Shown here: piece after piece, positions 1 through 8,655 of the stretch
How the letters are laid out: every line of letters begins with the position of its first letter
Position numbering within the stretch: the first letter of the stretch is position 1
Origin: a virus
Taxonomy: Duplodnaviria > Heunggongvirae > Uroviricota > Caudoviricetes
Virus record (IMG/VR): IMGVR_UViG_3300017700_000784
Location: 64,001-128,000 of that record
DNA: 64,000 nt
Reading direction: 5' to 3' (one strand)
Notes under the pieces: generated by a model
What the model saw: only the letters and a program-made list of their open reading frames with translations
Database searches by the model: none
What the model was told of the DNA's origin: nothing
Program-made: the position numbers and the translations under genes

Positions 1-1
1 T

Positions 2-3000
2 AATGTTACCTCTGGTACAGGGACATCTGGTAGTTCTGGTCAAATGGGTTCTGTACAAGGAACTTATAGACTTCCAAGTAGAGAAGAAGCTGTAGTAACT
101 GATAGAGAGGCCACATCATGGAGTATTCTAGCTGACTTAATACAAGCTGATGCTACTTCTGCAGCACAAATTGGTACTACTGCAGGAGCTATTTCACAAA
201 CTAATACTTTAGCTACTATATTAGGTTATCTACAAATTGCTGCAGAAGGAATTTACTACTTCTCTCAAGCTGTAGATCAGATGCTTGAAATTATATACAA
301 AGTAATAGGTTTTAGAAACTATGTACTTCAGTATAATAGTCATGGTATATATAATACTTACCAAGCTGTAACTAACTCTAATGTACCTACTGGTGTAAAT
401 CCTTCAATAGTAAGAGGGATTAAGAAAAGTGGATTGAAATATATGAGTTCAGGAGTACAAGATTTTGATGCTCTTTATAGAGTAAATAATTTATTCAGAA
501 CAAAATTTGTATGTGCTTCTCTTGAAAATGATTTAGATAATACAATAGCTATAGATAATACTAAGCATAATGTAGATGCAAATCATGCCTTTAGAACATT
601 TAATACAGACTTGGCTAGTTACTATGGTGCCTTAAAACTTAAATATGATAATCAATATGGTCAGTTAAATTCTATTATAGAACTTCCTACTGACTCATGT
701 ATATATGAGTCCACTCCTGAAGTGCTTTTAACAAGCTTTACAGCGCCTATTTTTGGTGGAGATGTATACATCAATAGATTTACAGAAAAGAACGCTTATT
801 TCTTCTTTAATACATGGATGATAGATCTTCCTGATGGGACAGAGTTTAACTATCTAAACTATGTTAATGGACCTAGACCACAATATTGGGCCAACTTTGA
901 AAGATTTGATATGTCAGACTTTAGTTTTTCTCTTTCAAACTTATCAATAAATACTCCTTCTGATTATCATAACCTTAGAAGAGGTACTCAGCCGGATATA
1001 TTCAGTGTTAAAAATGCATGGATGTATTTATTTATGAATGGTGTAAGAGATTTCTTTGTAGAGTCTGAGCTTAATATGGCTTTTAGAGATTATGGAGAAA
1101 ATGATTATGAGAAATTTTATGATGTATATGGTAATTCTTTCAATGATTTACAGACTATGTTTAGATCTGACTTGATAGATAAACCTGTTTATTACAAATA
1201 TGATCTATCATTAAGCACAGCTAAGCTTTATAATAACTTTGCTTCATGGGGACAACTGCTTCCTCCTGATTATGACCCTGAAGTATATGATACATGTTAT
1301 GAATACTTTCCTAATAAAGGAGTATATTCATTACAGCATCAAGATGGACTTAAAAGAGATAACTGGAGAAATTATCTTCCTTTAAACTATTATACATTTG
1401 AAGGAGTTGTAACTAATATTAAGTCTCTTAATGCTAATGGTTCTGTTATTCTTTATGAAGATGCAAGTCCTTCACAGTTTGTTGGTATAGATACTTTAAA
1501 AACTGATGGGGGGACTAAGATAACTATTGGTGACGGTGGTCTATTTACTAATAATATACAAAGTCTTTCTAATGCAGAAGATGCTTTAGAGTATGGTGCA
1601 AGTATATCACATAGAGCTACATTAAATACTCCTTATGGTTTATTTTTTGTATCTCAAAAAGCAGGTAAAGTATTTCAATATGGTGCTGATGGATTAGGTG
1701 AAATATCTAAAGCTGGTATGAAAAACTGGTTCTTGCAAAATTTACCATCTAAATTACTAGAGTCTTTTCCTAATTATACAGAATATGATAATCCTGTAGG
1801 TGGAATTGGTGTGCATGCTATCTATGATGCACAGTATGAATTATTGTATATAACTAAGAAAGACTATTTACCTTTAAATCCTTGTATAGGATATGACCCA
1901 AGTTTTGGTTTCTATGATAAATGTAACTGTCCTAAAACTTGTCCGGTAGGATATACTTATAATGAGACTACAGAGTTATGTGAATTACCTGTAGATATTT
2001 CATTATGTCCTCCTGGATATACTTATAACCCTGTAACAGAAAAATGTGAGAATACTACAGTAACTGATTTATGTCCAGCTGGATATACTTATAATGGAAA
2101 AGGTACACCTATATGTGAAGGGGAGCCTAGCGCATGTAATACAGATGTTGTTATAGTAATGGATAATTCTACTTCTATGACAACTCTTGAGAATGACCAG
2201 ATGAATGATTTTGTTGTTGCAATAGTAAATGGTTTAAGTGCAGAATTAGCTTCTGATCAGGTTAGAATAGGTGTGGTTAAGTTTACTGATTGTGCAGGTA
2301 TTATAACTAATCTTAATAGTAATATTACTGTAGTGACTAATGCTGTAAATTCAGCTAGATTTCCAGTAATTGATGATGGTGCTAATACTAATCAGTTTGA
2401 AGGATTATGTAAAGGTGTTCAAGTTTTACAAGGAGTTAATAGTAGACCTGGTGCTAATAAAAGAATAATACTTGTTACTGATGGATATGTTAATGCAGTA
2501 TGTGAAACTTTACCAACTTGTTGGACTAGTTCAGGATATGATGTAACTTTTCCATTGGCCCCTGGAGGAACAACATATAGTATAGAAGCTAATAATCAGA
2601 TTATATTAAATTTTGCAGCATATTTAAAAAACACATTAGGGTATAAAATAGTAATAGGAATCTTAGGAGATGATTGTGAAAGAGAACGTGTAATGCGTTT
2701 ACTTGGAGGAGGAGTATTAGATCCTGGTTCTGTTTGTCCAGCTTTACCTACAATACCTACTATTAATTATCCTATATCTTCTCCTGGAAATGGTTTATAT
2801 GATTATGCTACTTATGAGTCAGATTTTGCAAGTGCTGTAGATATAGCTAGTGATATTATAGATGAACTTGAATGTACTAATGATGTTGAACCAGCTTTTT
2901 GTGATCCTGAAAATTGTATTATAGATGAAGATGAAGCTACATGTACTTGTAATAATAGTATAGATCCTACAGCATGTCCTTCACCAGGAGTTATTGTAAA

Positions 3001-5017
3001 CACTGGAACAGAGATGGTGTGCAGAACAATAAGAGTTGCTAACCAGACAGATTGTAGTGTGCTTTCATGTGATGAAGCTAATGGTTTTGTATTTAATGGA
3101 GTTACAGGTAAATGTGAGAAAACAGTATATACTAATCCTTGTGCTCCGGGATATACCTACAATGAAACTACACAACAGTGTAATCCTCCAGTAGATACTC
3201 CTGTAAATTTATGTCCTCCAGGATATATATATGATATTACAAATAATACTTGTGGAATAGTTAGTATTAGTGATGCTATTGAAAATACAGCTTTAAGTTG
3301 TCAGGCTGATATAGTATTGCTTAAAGGTACACCAGCTGCTACACAACCTTTGGAGAGTACTTTTGTAGATGCTTTTATTAATAGTATAACAAGTGAACTT
3401 AATGATAGTACTGGTAAAATAAGAGTAGGTATACAGATATGTACTAATACTACTAATAGTAATATTATAGGACCTTTGTATTATGGTAATGGTAGCTACA
3501 TGGGAGGTACTATATCAGGTACAGCTAATTATATTAAGTCTCTTTTCCCTACACCGGGTAGTAACCAGTATAATTATATAGCCAATGGATTAGTTCTAGC
3601 CACAAAACAGTTGTATACAGCTGTGAATGCTAGATCTACAGCTAAGAAAATTATAGTATTATTTACACAACTAGGACCTACTTCAGGACCAAATGTTATT
3701 CCTGCTGTATTTAATGGTTGTCAAGCATGTGTTAATGTTGGTTCATGTTCTGTGAGTTGCCCTTCAGGATATCCTTCAGGTGCTTTCTGGTCAGATAATA
3801 TGTGTGAAGTTTATGATAAAGCTTTATGCTTAAAAGCAGCTAATCCTGATTTAAAAATATATGTAGTTAATACACAGAATACTCCTCATACAGGATTTAA
3901 TGGTAATGAGGCTCAGTTGTTTTTTGATATTAAAAACATGGGTACAGTATATGCTTTAGATAATAGTAATGTACTAATAAGATCTAATGATTTTATAAAT
4001 GATATAAGATCTTATATCTGTACAAATCAGACTACTTACAGTTGTCCTCCAGGTTGTACACTTAATGGTACTCAATGCGAGTGTTCAAGTTCTACTCCTG
4101 CAGCAGATTGTGATAGTAGTTGTACTATTATACCTGTTGGAGTGAATGCTATATGTTCTTGTGGAGTAGCTTCAGTTCCTAATATATGTGGTACTTGTCC
4201 TATAGACACTGATTTAGACCAGTGTGCTTGTTTAGTACAACAAGATCCTATTGTAACTCCTGTAAGATATCCTATAAGTTTAGAAGATGGTAGTTACTTT
4301 GAACCTATATCATGGACTATAAGTTATGACCCTAAGAATAAAATGTGGTTATCTTTCCATGACTGGCACCCAAGTCTTATGATTCCTTCACATAGTCACT
4401 TCTATACTATTATTGGTGGTGAGTTTTGGAAACATAATGAAAGATTTGATAGCTTTGCTAATTATTATAATGAAGACTTCCCTTGGGAGATTGAGTATGA
4501 TATTACTACAGCTAACCAGATAACTTCATTAAGAAGTATGGAATACTATATGGAAGCTTTCCAATATTATAACAATGGTAAAGATTACTTCCATGTATTG
4601 GATGAGAACTTTGACAGAGCTGTTATATATAACTCTGAGCAAATATCACACTTACTTAAGATGAGTATTAAGGATAAAGAGAATCCTTTCCAACTATTAG
4701 GGTATCCTATACCGGGGCCAAACTATACAGAAATATTAGCTTCTAAAGAAGAGAATAAATATAGATTTAATGAGATATATGATATCACCAGAGACAGAGG
4801 AGAATTCACAGGAGTATCTATTCCTATGTTTATCACAAGAGCTGATGGTTATCATAAAATAATTAACCCTGCTTATATAGATCCTTACAAGATAGCTACT
4901 GAGCATAAGAAATTCAGACACTTTGGTAATAGAATAATCCTTAGAAAGAATGTAAGTGGTGATAAGAAAATGATATTAAAAATCACTAATAGTAAACATC
5001 TAAACAGTCCTAGATAA
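2..5017 (+). CDS. crAss-like tail stabilisation / tail tube-associated protein, 5'-truncated, with a large Cys-rich + VWA insertion
   Basis: The frame is open from position 2 (NVTSGTGTSGSSGQM), so the true start lies upstream of the window. C-terminal blocks GLFFVSQKAGKVF, WFLQNLP, YDAQYELLYITKKDY, SWTISYDP..W.SFHDW.P and NKYRFNE match my recollection of crAss-like tail stabilisation proteins. Position just before the cargo genes fits. Confidence 0.8.
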   Translation, partial: NVTSGTGTSGSSGQMGSVQGTYRLPSREEAVVTDREATSWSILADLIQADATSAAQIGTTAGAISQTNTLATILGYLQIAAEGIYYFSQAVDQMLEIIYKVIGFRNYVLQYNSHGIYNTYQAVTNSNVPTGVNPSIVRGIKKSGLKYMSSGVQDFDALYRVNNLFRTKFVCASLENDLDNTIAIDNTKHNVDANHAFRTFNTDLASYYGALKLKYDNQYGQLNSIIELPTDSCIYESTPEVLLTSFTAPIFGGDVYINRFTEKNAYFFFNTWMIDLPDGTEFNYLNYVNGPRPQYWANFERFDMSDFSFSLSNLSINTPSDYHNLRRGTQPDIFSVKNAWMYLFMNGVRDFFVESELNMAFRDYGENDYEKFYDVYGNSFNDLQTMFRSDLIDKPVYYKYDLSLSTAKLYNNFASWGQLLPPDYDPEVYDTCYEYFPNKGVYSLQHQDGLKRDNWRNYLPLNYYTFEGVVTNIKSLNANGSVILYEDASPSQFVGIDTLKTDGGTKITIGDGGLFTNNIQSLSNAEDALEYGASISHRATLNTPYGLFFVSQKAGKVFQYGADGLGEISKAGMKNWFLQNLPSKLLESFPNYTEYDNPVGGIGVHAIYDAQYELLYITKKDYLPLNPCIGYDPSFGFYDKCNCPKTCPVGYTYNETTELCELPVDISLCPPGYTYNPVTEKCENTTVTDLCPAGYTYNGKGTPICEGEPSACNTDVVIVMDNSTSMTTLENDQMNDFVVAIVNGLSAELASDQVRIGVVKFTDCAGIITNLNSNITVVTNAVNSARFPVIDDGANTNQFEGLCKGVQVLQGVNSRPGANKRIILVTDGYVNAVCETLPTCWTSSGYDVTFPLAPGGTTYSIEANNQIILNFAAYLKNTLGYKIVIGILGDDCERERVMRLLGGGVLDPGSVCPALPTIPTINYPISSPGNGLYDYATYESDFASAVDIASDIIDELECTNDVEPAFCDPENCIIDEDEATCTCNNSIDPTACPSPGVIVNTGTEMVCRTIRVANQTDCSVLSCDEANGFVFNGVTGKCEKTVYTNPCAPGYTYNETTQQCNPPVDTPVNLCPPGYIYDITNNTCGIVSISDAIENTALSCQADIVLLKGTPAATQPLESTFVDAFINSITSELNDSTGKIRVGIQICTNTTNSNIIGPLYYGNGSYMGGTISGTANYIKSLFPTPGSNQYNYIANGLVLATKQLYTAVNARSTAKKIIVLFTQLGPTSGPNVIPAVFNGCQACVNVGSCSVSCPSGYPSGAFWSDNMCEVYDKALCLKAANPDLKIYVVNTQNTPHTGFNGNEAQLFFDIKNMGTVYALDNSNVLIRSNDFINDIRSYICTNQTTYSCPPGCTLNGTQCECSSSTPAADCDSSCTIIPVGVNAICSCGVASVPNICGTCPIDTDLDQCACLVQQDPIVTPVRYPISLEDGSYFEPISWTISYDPKNKMWLSFHDWHPSLMIPSHSHFYTIIGGEFWKHNERFDSFANYYNEDFPWEIEYDITTANQITSLRSMEYYMEAFQYYNNGKDYFHVLDENFDRAVIYNSEQISHLLKMSIKDKENPFQLLGYPIPGPNYTEILASKEENKYRFNEIYDITRDRGEFTGVSIPMFITRADGYHKIINPAYIDPYKIATEHKKFRHFGNRIILRKNVSGDKKMILKITNSKHLNSPR
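2141..2880 (+). other. VWA (integrin I-like) domain 1 with intact MIDAS, inside the tail protein
   Basis: DVVIVMDNSTS (DxSxS at 2162-2176), VRIGVVKF, NTNQFEGL, KRIILVTDG (2471-2485). Confidence 0.85.
3299..4020 (+). other. Degenerate VWA domain 2 inside the tail protein
   Basis: CQADIVLL..., IRVGIQIC, NYIANGLVLA, NARSTAKKIIVLFT and LKIYVV parallel the domain-1 strands, but DxSxS and TDG are lost. Confidence 0.6.
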
Positions 5018-7464
5018 TGACTAACCATGAAACCCTCTTAAAATTCATATCCACTCAGGGGTATAAGAAAAATTCCCCTGATAAGGATAGACCTTTTAAT
5101 CTTATACCTTCAGGTAATATTACCATGCAGGATGTACCTCATTATGTGTATGGTATAGATGACTTAGGGAATGAGATGATGATGGCACCGGGAGAAGATT
5201 ATGAGTTTCCAGGTAATAGTGTATTTGAGATACCTATTAAGCAAGATGGAGGTAAAGCTCCTAAGTATGTAGAATCAAAAAATGATCCTAGGTATAAAGC
5301 CTATCAGGATAGTTTGAATCTTTATAACAACTATGATGAAAATAAGAGAGTAATAACACAGGGAAACAAATATTATCCAAATCCTCAGATAAAAAAAGCT
5401 GCTAAAGTAAATTTTACAGAAAAAGGTAAGTTACCCAATCCTAATAATCCATTAACATTACAAAAAGTAAATAAAGATTTTTCATTTAGTAAAATAAATG
5501 ATAAAGGTTACTCTGATATAAAATATATATCCAATAAAAAAATTCAGCCTATTGCTACAGAAACTTATACTCGTAAAGAGAGTAAGTATAAATCTGAAAA
5601 GGAATATGACAAAGCGGCTAAAACAATGAAAAGTTTTTCTGATTCTCCAGGAAAAATTAATTGGGTAGGATATGATATACAACGTTATAAAGCACCACAA
5701 CAACCTATTTTATTAAAAAATGAATCAGCTCCTATTAAGTATGAATTACAAACCCCTTTACAAACATTAAACACAACACAAAATAATACACAACAAATAA
5801 CAGCTTCTCTTATGGACTTAAGACCTGAAGCTAGACATGCTAAATACTTTAACATCACTGATAAAGTAAATATGCCATTAGGAGGAAGTGAAAGTTCTTA
5901 TAAATACTATCCAGAGAATAGAGAGCCTTTACAAGAGTTGGCACCTGAACCTTATAATAGTAGAACAGTTACTCCTGTATTTCAAACAGGTGGTGATACC
6001 GGTAGACAACATAGAGGAGTTGAGCTTATGATGAAAGATTATATGCTTCAAAAAAAGGAAGAAGAAGAACTCCAGACCAGAGGAACTATACGAAATCCAA
6101 GGTCTAATAAATATAAAAAAGGTGTTCCGACTGCTAAGGTTAGTACATACACTCCACAGAGTACAGTTTCAAAAGTATGGGAAGTAGCAACACATCCTGT
6201 TACAGCTTTTGGATATGGTGCCAGGAATGAAGATTTACCAGATAACTTTAGTAGAGGAGAAATTAATCCTCATGAGCAAGCTGTTGATTTAATCAATCCT
6301 GCTTTTTATGCTAATCAAGTAGGACAATTTGCAAAAAATGTTGTTACAGGTCATCCTATTGATGCAGGTATGAATGCTTTAAATGTATTACCTCTTGCTT
6401 CAGAATATAAAGCTTTGTCCAGAATAGGTAAAGGTTTACAAGAAGGAAGTATAATAGAGGATGTATTTAATCCTAAAAATATAAAAAAATTTAAACCTTA
6501 TAAGGTTAAGACAGATTTAGAAACAGGAGTTTCTTATTATGACGATTATGTAAAACCTATACCTAAAGATTTTTCATCAAATGATCCTATAGCTAAACTT
6601 AAAATAAACCATAATAGATTAAACTTTGATGACTTAGATGAGGTTATAGAAAAACATAGAGACCCTTTTATAAAACAATTTGGTAATGATTTTAAAGAAA
6701 AAGATTTAGGTTTTTATAGTATGCTTAAAGAGGTAAATGAAAATCGTATTATGAATCAATATGATGATCCTGAGATACTTAAGATGTATATAAATGATAA
6801 AGTAAAACTTACAGCTCCTGATAGAATTACAACATCAAGACAAATTACAGATAGTTTTATAAAATCTCATGGTTTAGAATCTGCTAAGTATACTCCAAAA
6901 GAAACTCTTCTTACAGATTTATATGTAAATGGATATGATAATCATATCAATGGTAGAAATGGTTTTAATAATTATATTAAAGATTTATATCAACCTGTAA
7001 GAGAGGACTTTGAGCAGCTTATTCTTAAGAATAAAACTAAGAGACCTGAGACCTTCTTTAGAGAAAGTGATGACTTTATTGTAGATGATGTATGGGATCC
7101 TAAAGGAAATAAATTAAATCCTATTAATTTTAGTGATTTACAAGCCGGTTATGAATATGAACCTAAGAGTTTTTATAGCACAACTTTGGCACCAGGTAAT
7201 ATATCTTTTGGAAATATGTTATCAAAGATTAATGTACCAGAAGGGCAATCTATACTTAATGCAAATTCTACAGGTGTTAGAACACACTATTCTGAATTGG
7301 AAAATGTACTTCCTTCAAAACTCAGATATAGAATAAATGAAGTAATAGACAATCCAAAAGAATATGGTAAAGGTTATACCAGAGTCTTTGATAAATCTAT
7401 TGTAAATTCTTATAAAATAGGAGGTACTATGAAAATACCTCTTCCAGATTGGGCATTAGACTAA
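5017..7464 (+). CDS. Modular virion cargo protein with C-terminal mono-ADP-ribosyltransferase (R-S-ExE class)
   Basis: Modules are bounded by QDGG, QTGG and KIGG. C-terminal ART motifs: FFR (7060), FYSTT (7177), ELENVLP (7294). TAATG coupling to the tail gene. Confidence 0.75.
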   Translation: MTNHETLLKFISTQGYKKNSPDKDRPFNLIPSGNITMQDVPHYVYGIDDLGNEMMMAPGEDYEFPGNSVFEIPIKQDGGKAPKYVESKNDPRYKAYQDSLNLYNNYDENKRVITQGNKYYPNPQIKKAAKVNFTEKGKLPNPNNPLTLQKVNKDFSFSKINDKGYSDIKYISNKKIQPIATETYTRKESKYKSEKEYDKAAKTMKSFSDSPGKINWVGYDIQRYKAPQQPILLKNESAPIKYELQTPLQTLNTTQNNTQQITASLMDLRPEARHAKYFNITDKVNMPLGGSESSYKYYPENREPLQELAPEPYNSRTVTPVFQTGGDTGRQHRGVELMMKDYMLQKKEEEELQTRGTIRNPRSNKYKKGVPTAKVSTYTPQSTVSKVWEVATHPVTAFGYGARNEDLPDNFSRGEINPHEQAVDLINPAFYANQVGQFAKNVVTGHPIDAGMNALNVLPLASEYKALSRIGKGLQEGSIIEDVFNPKNIKKFKPYKVKTDLETGVSYYDDYVKPIPKDFSSNDPIAKLKINHNRLNFDDLDEVIEKHRDPFIKQFGNDFKEKDLGFYSMLKEVNENRIMNQYDDPEILKMYINDKVKLTAPDRITTSRQITDSFIKSHGLESAKYTPKETLLTDLYVNGYDNHINGRNGFNNYIKDLYQPVREDFEQLILKNKTKRPETFFRESDDFIVDDVWDPKGNKLNPINFSDLQAGYEYEPKSFYSTTLAPGNISFGNMLSKINVPEGQSILNANSTGVRTHYSELENVLPSKLRYRINEVIDNPKEYGKGYTRVFDKSIVNSYKIGGTMKIPLPDWALD

Positions 7465-7498
7465 GAAAATTAGTAACTTATAATACAAAGTTAAAGTC

Positions 7499-8572
7499 AT
7501 GAATAATATACAACAAGATGGTGGAGGACAAGAAGAGCAGTTGATGCAAATCATACAGGCTTTTGCACAGATGTCACAAATGGATCCTCAGGAAATAATG
7601 CAACAGCTTCAACAGTTACCTCCTGAACAACAACAAGAGGCTCTTCAAAAGATGGCTCAACAAGTTCAAGGACAAGAAGAGCAGATGCAGTATGGAGGCT
7701 TAGCTAATAATGGTTTTAATAGAACTATGGTAAATGCTAATAACATGACTGATCCTGATTATGGAGTTATACCTTTTTTAGGTATGATGGATAATGATAT
7801 AGGGGCTACTCTTGGTATATTAGGTGGAGCTGCTTCTGCTATATCTGGTTCAGCTTTAGGTTATTCTTCTTTGTTTAATAAGAAACAACCTAAAAGTACT
7901 GGTGCCTTTCCTACTAATCCTGATATTACTAATAAGCAACACTTTAAGCTTTCAGATCCTAATAAGTATTTTGAAGCTTATGAGAATCCTTACTGGAAGA
8001 AATATGGTAAAGCCCAAGATGGAGGAGCCTTTGATGAGCTAGATTTATCTCGTCTTAATCCTCATAGTTATTTTGAAGATCCTAGATTTGGTCAGACTGC
8101 TAACTACATGGATTCCAGAGGACCTGATATGCAACCTCTTATGCAACAGCCTAATATGTCAGCTCCTGGTGGTAATAAGAATAATCCTAATACTATAAAT
8201 ACATCTGGCCCAGAGATAGCTACTAATGCTATGATAGGATTAGGTGCTGTAAATACAGGATTAGAACACTTTGAAGATAGAAGAAGATTAATGGAATATA
8301 AGAGAAGAATGGCAGCTTTAGGTAATACAAATTCTATGAATGCTTATAATTCTCCTAATGCTTTTGGTGAGTATACTACAAATACTGCTGCCGGTACTGA
8401 TAACTTCAGACCTAATATGCATGTTCCTACACAAGACTTTGGTACCAGTTTTTATGCTAAGTGTGGTGGTCAGAAAAAAAAGAAGATGTATAAGTCTGGT
8501 GGAGAATATAATATATCTGAAGAGGAGTTATTAGATTTGATGGAAAGAGGAGCTGATATAGAATTTTTATAA
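7499..8572 (+). CDS. Virion cargo protein, Gln/Met-rich, five [Q/K]xGG motifs
   Basis: 357-aa ORF, low-complexity Q-rich N-terminus, QDGG/QYGG/QDGG/KCGG/KSGG, located in the cargo cluster. Confidence 0.75.
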   Translation: MNNIQQDGGGQEEQLMQIIQAFAQMSQMDPQEIMQQLQQLPPEQQQEALQKMAQQVQGQEEQMQYGGLANNGFNRTMVNANNMTDPDYGVIPFLGMMDNDIGATLGILGGAASAISGSALGYSSLFNKKQPKSTGAFPTNPDITNKQHFKLSDPNKYFEAYENPYWKKYGKAQDGGAFDELDLSRLNPHSYFEDPRFGQTANYMDSRGPDMQPLMQQPNMSAPGGNKNNPNTINTSGPEIATNAMIGLGAVNTGLEHFEDRRRLMEYKRRMAALGNTNSMNAYNSPNAFGEYTTNTAAGTDNFRPNMHVPTQDFGTSFYAKCGGQKKKKMYKSGGEYNISEEELLDLMERGADIEFL

Positions 8573-8594
8573 ATCGTAATAGGAAAAAACAACT

Positions 8595-8622
8595 TATATT
8601 TGTATATTCTAAATGTAAGAGG
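8595..8622 (+). promoter_or_regulatory. Candidate promoter: TATATTTG overlapping TATATTCTAAATGTAAGAGG
   Basis: Lies in an 83-bp intergenic gap before the cargo gene. Similar to 42531-42548. Confidence 0.5.
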
Positions 8623-8655
8623 TTTAATTTTAAAATCTTTAAACTTTAAAAGTTT

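Larger units (their letters stand above)
1940..4090 (+). repeat. Dispersed Cys-rich C-[PA]-x-G-Y-[TI]-Y-[ND]-x(5-6)-C protein repeats
   Basis: CPVGYTYNETTELC (1940), CPPGYTYNPVTEKC (2006), CPAGYTYNGKGTPIC (2072), CAPGYTYNETTQQC (3140), CPPGYIYDITNNTC (3212), and degenerate CPPGCTLNGTQC (~4043). Confidence 0.9.

Noticed and set aside
1940-3260. Repeated GGATATACTTATAA-type DNA as a CRISPR array or DGR template/variable repeats
   Set aside because: The repeats are in-frame codon repeats with irregular spacing and synonymous variation; no cas or reverse transcriptase gene and no adenine-specific mismatch pattern.
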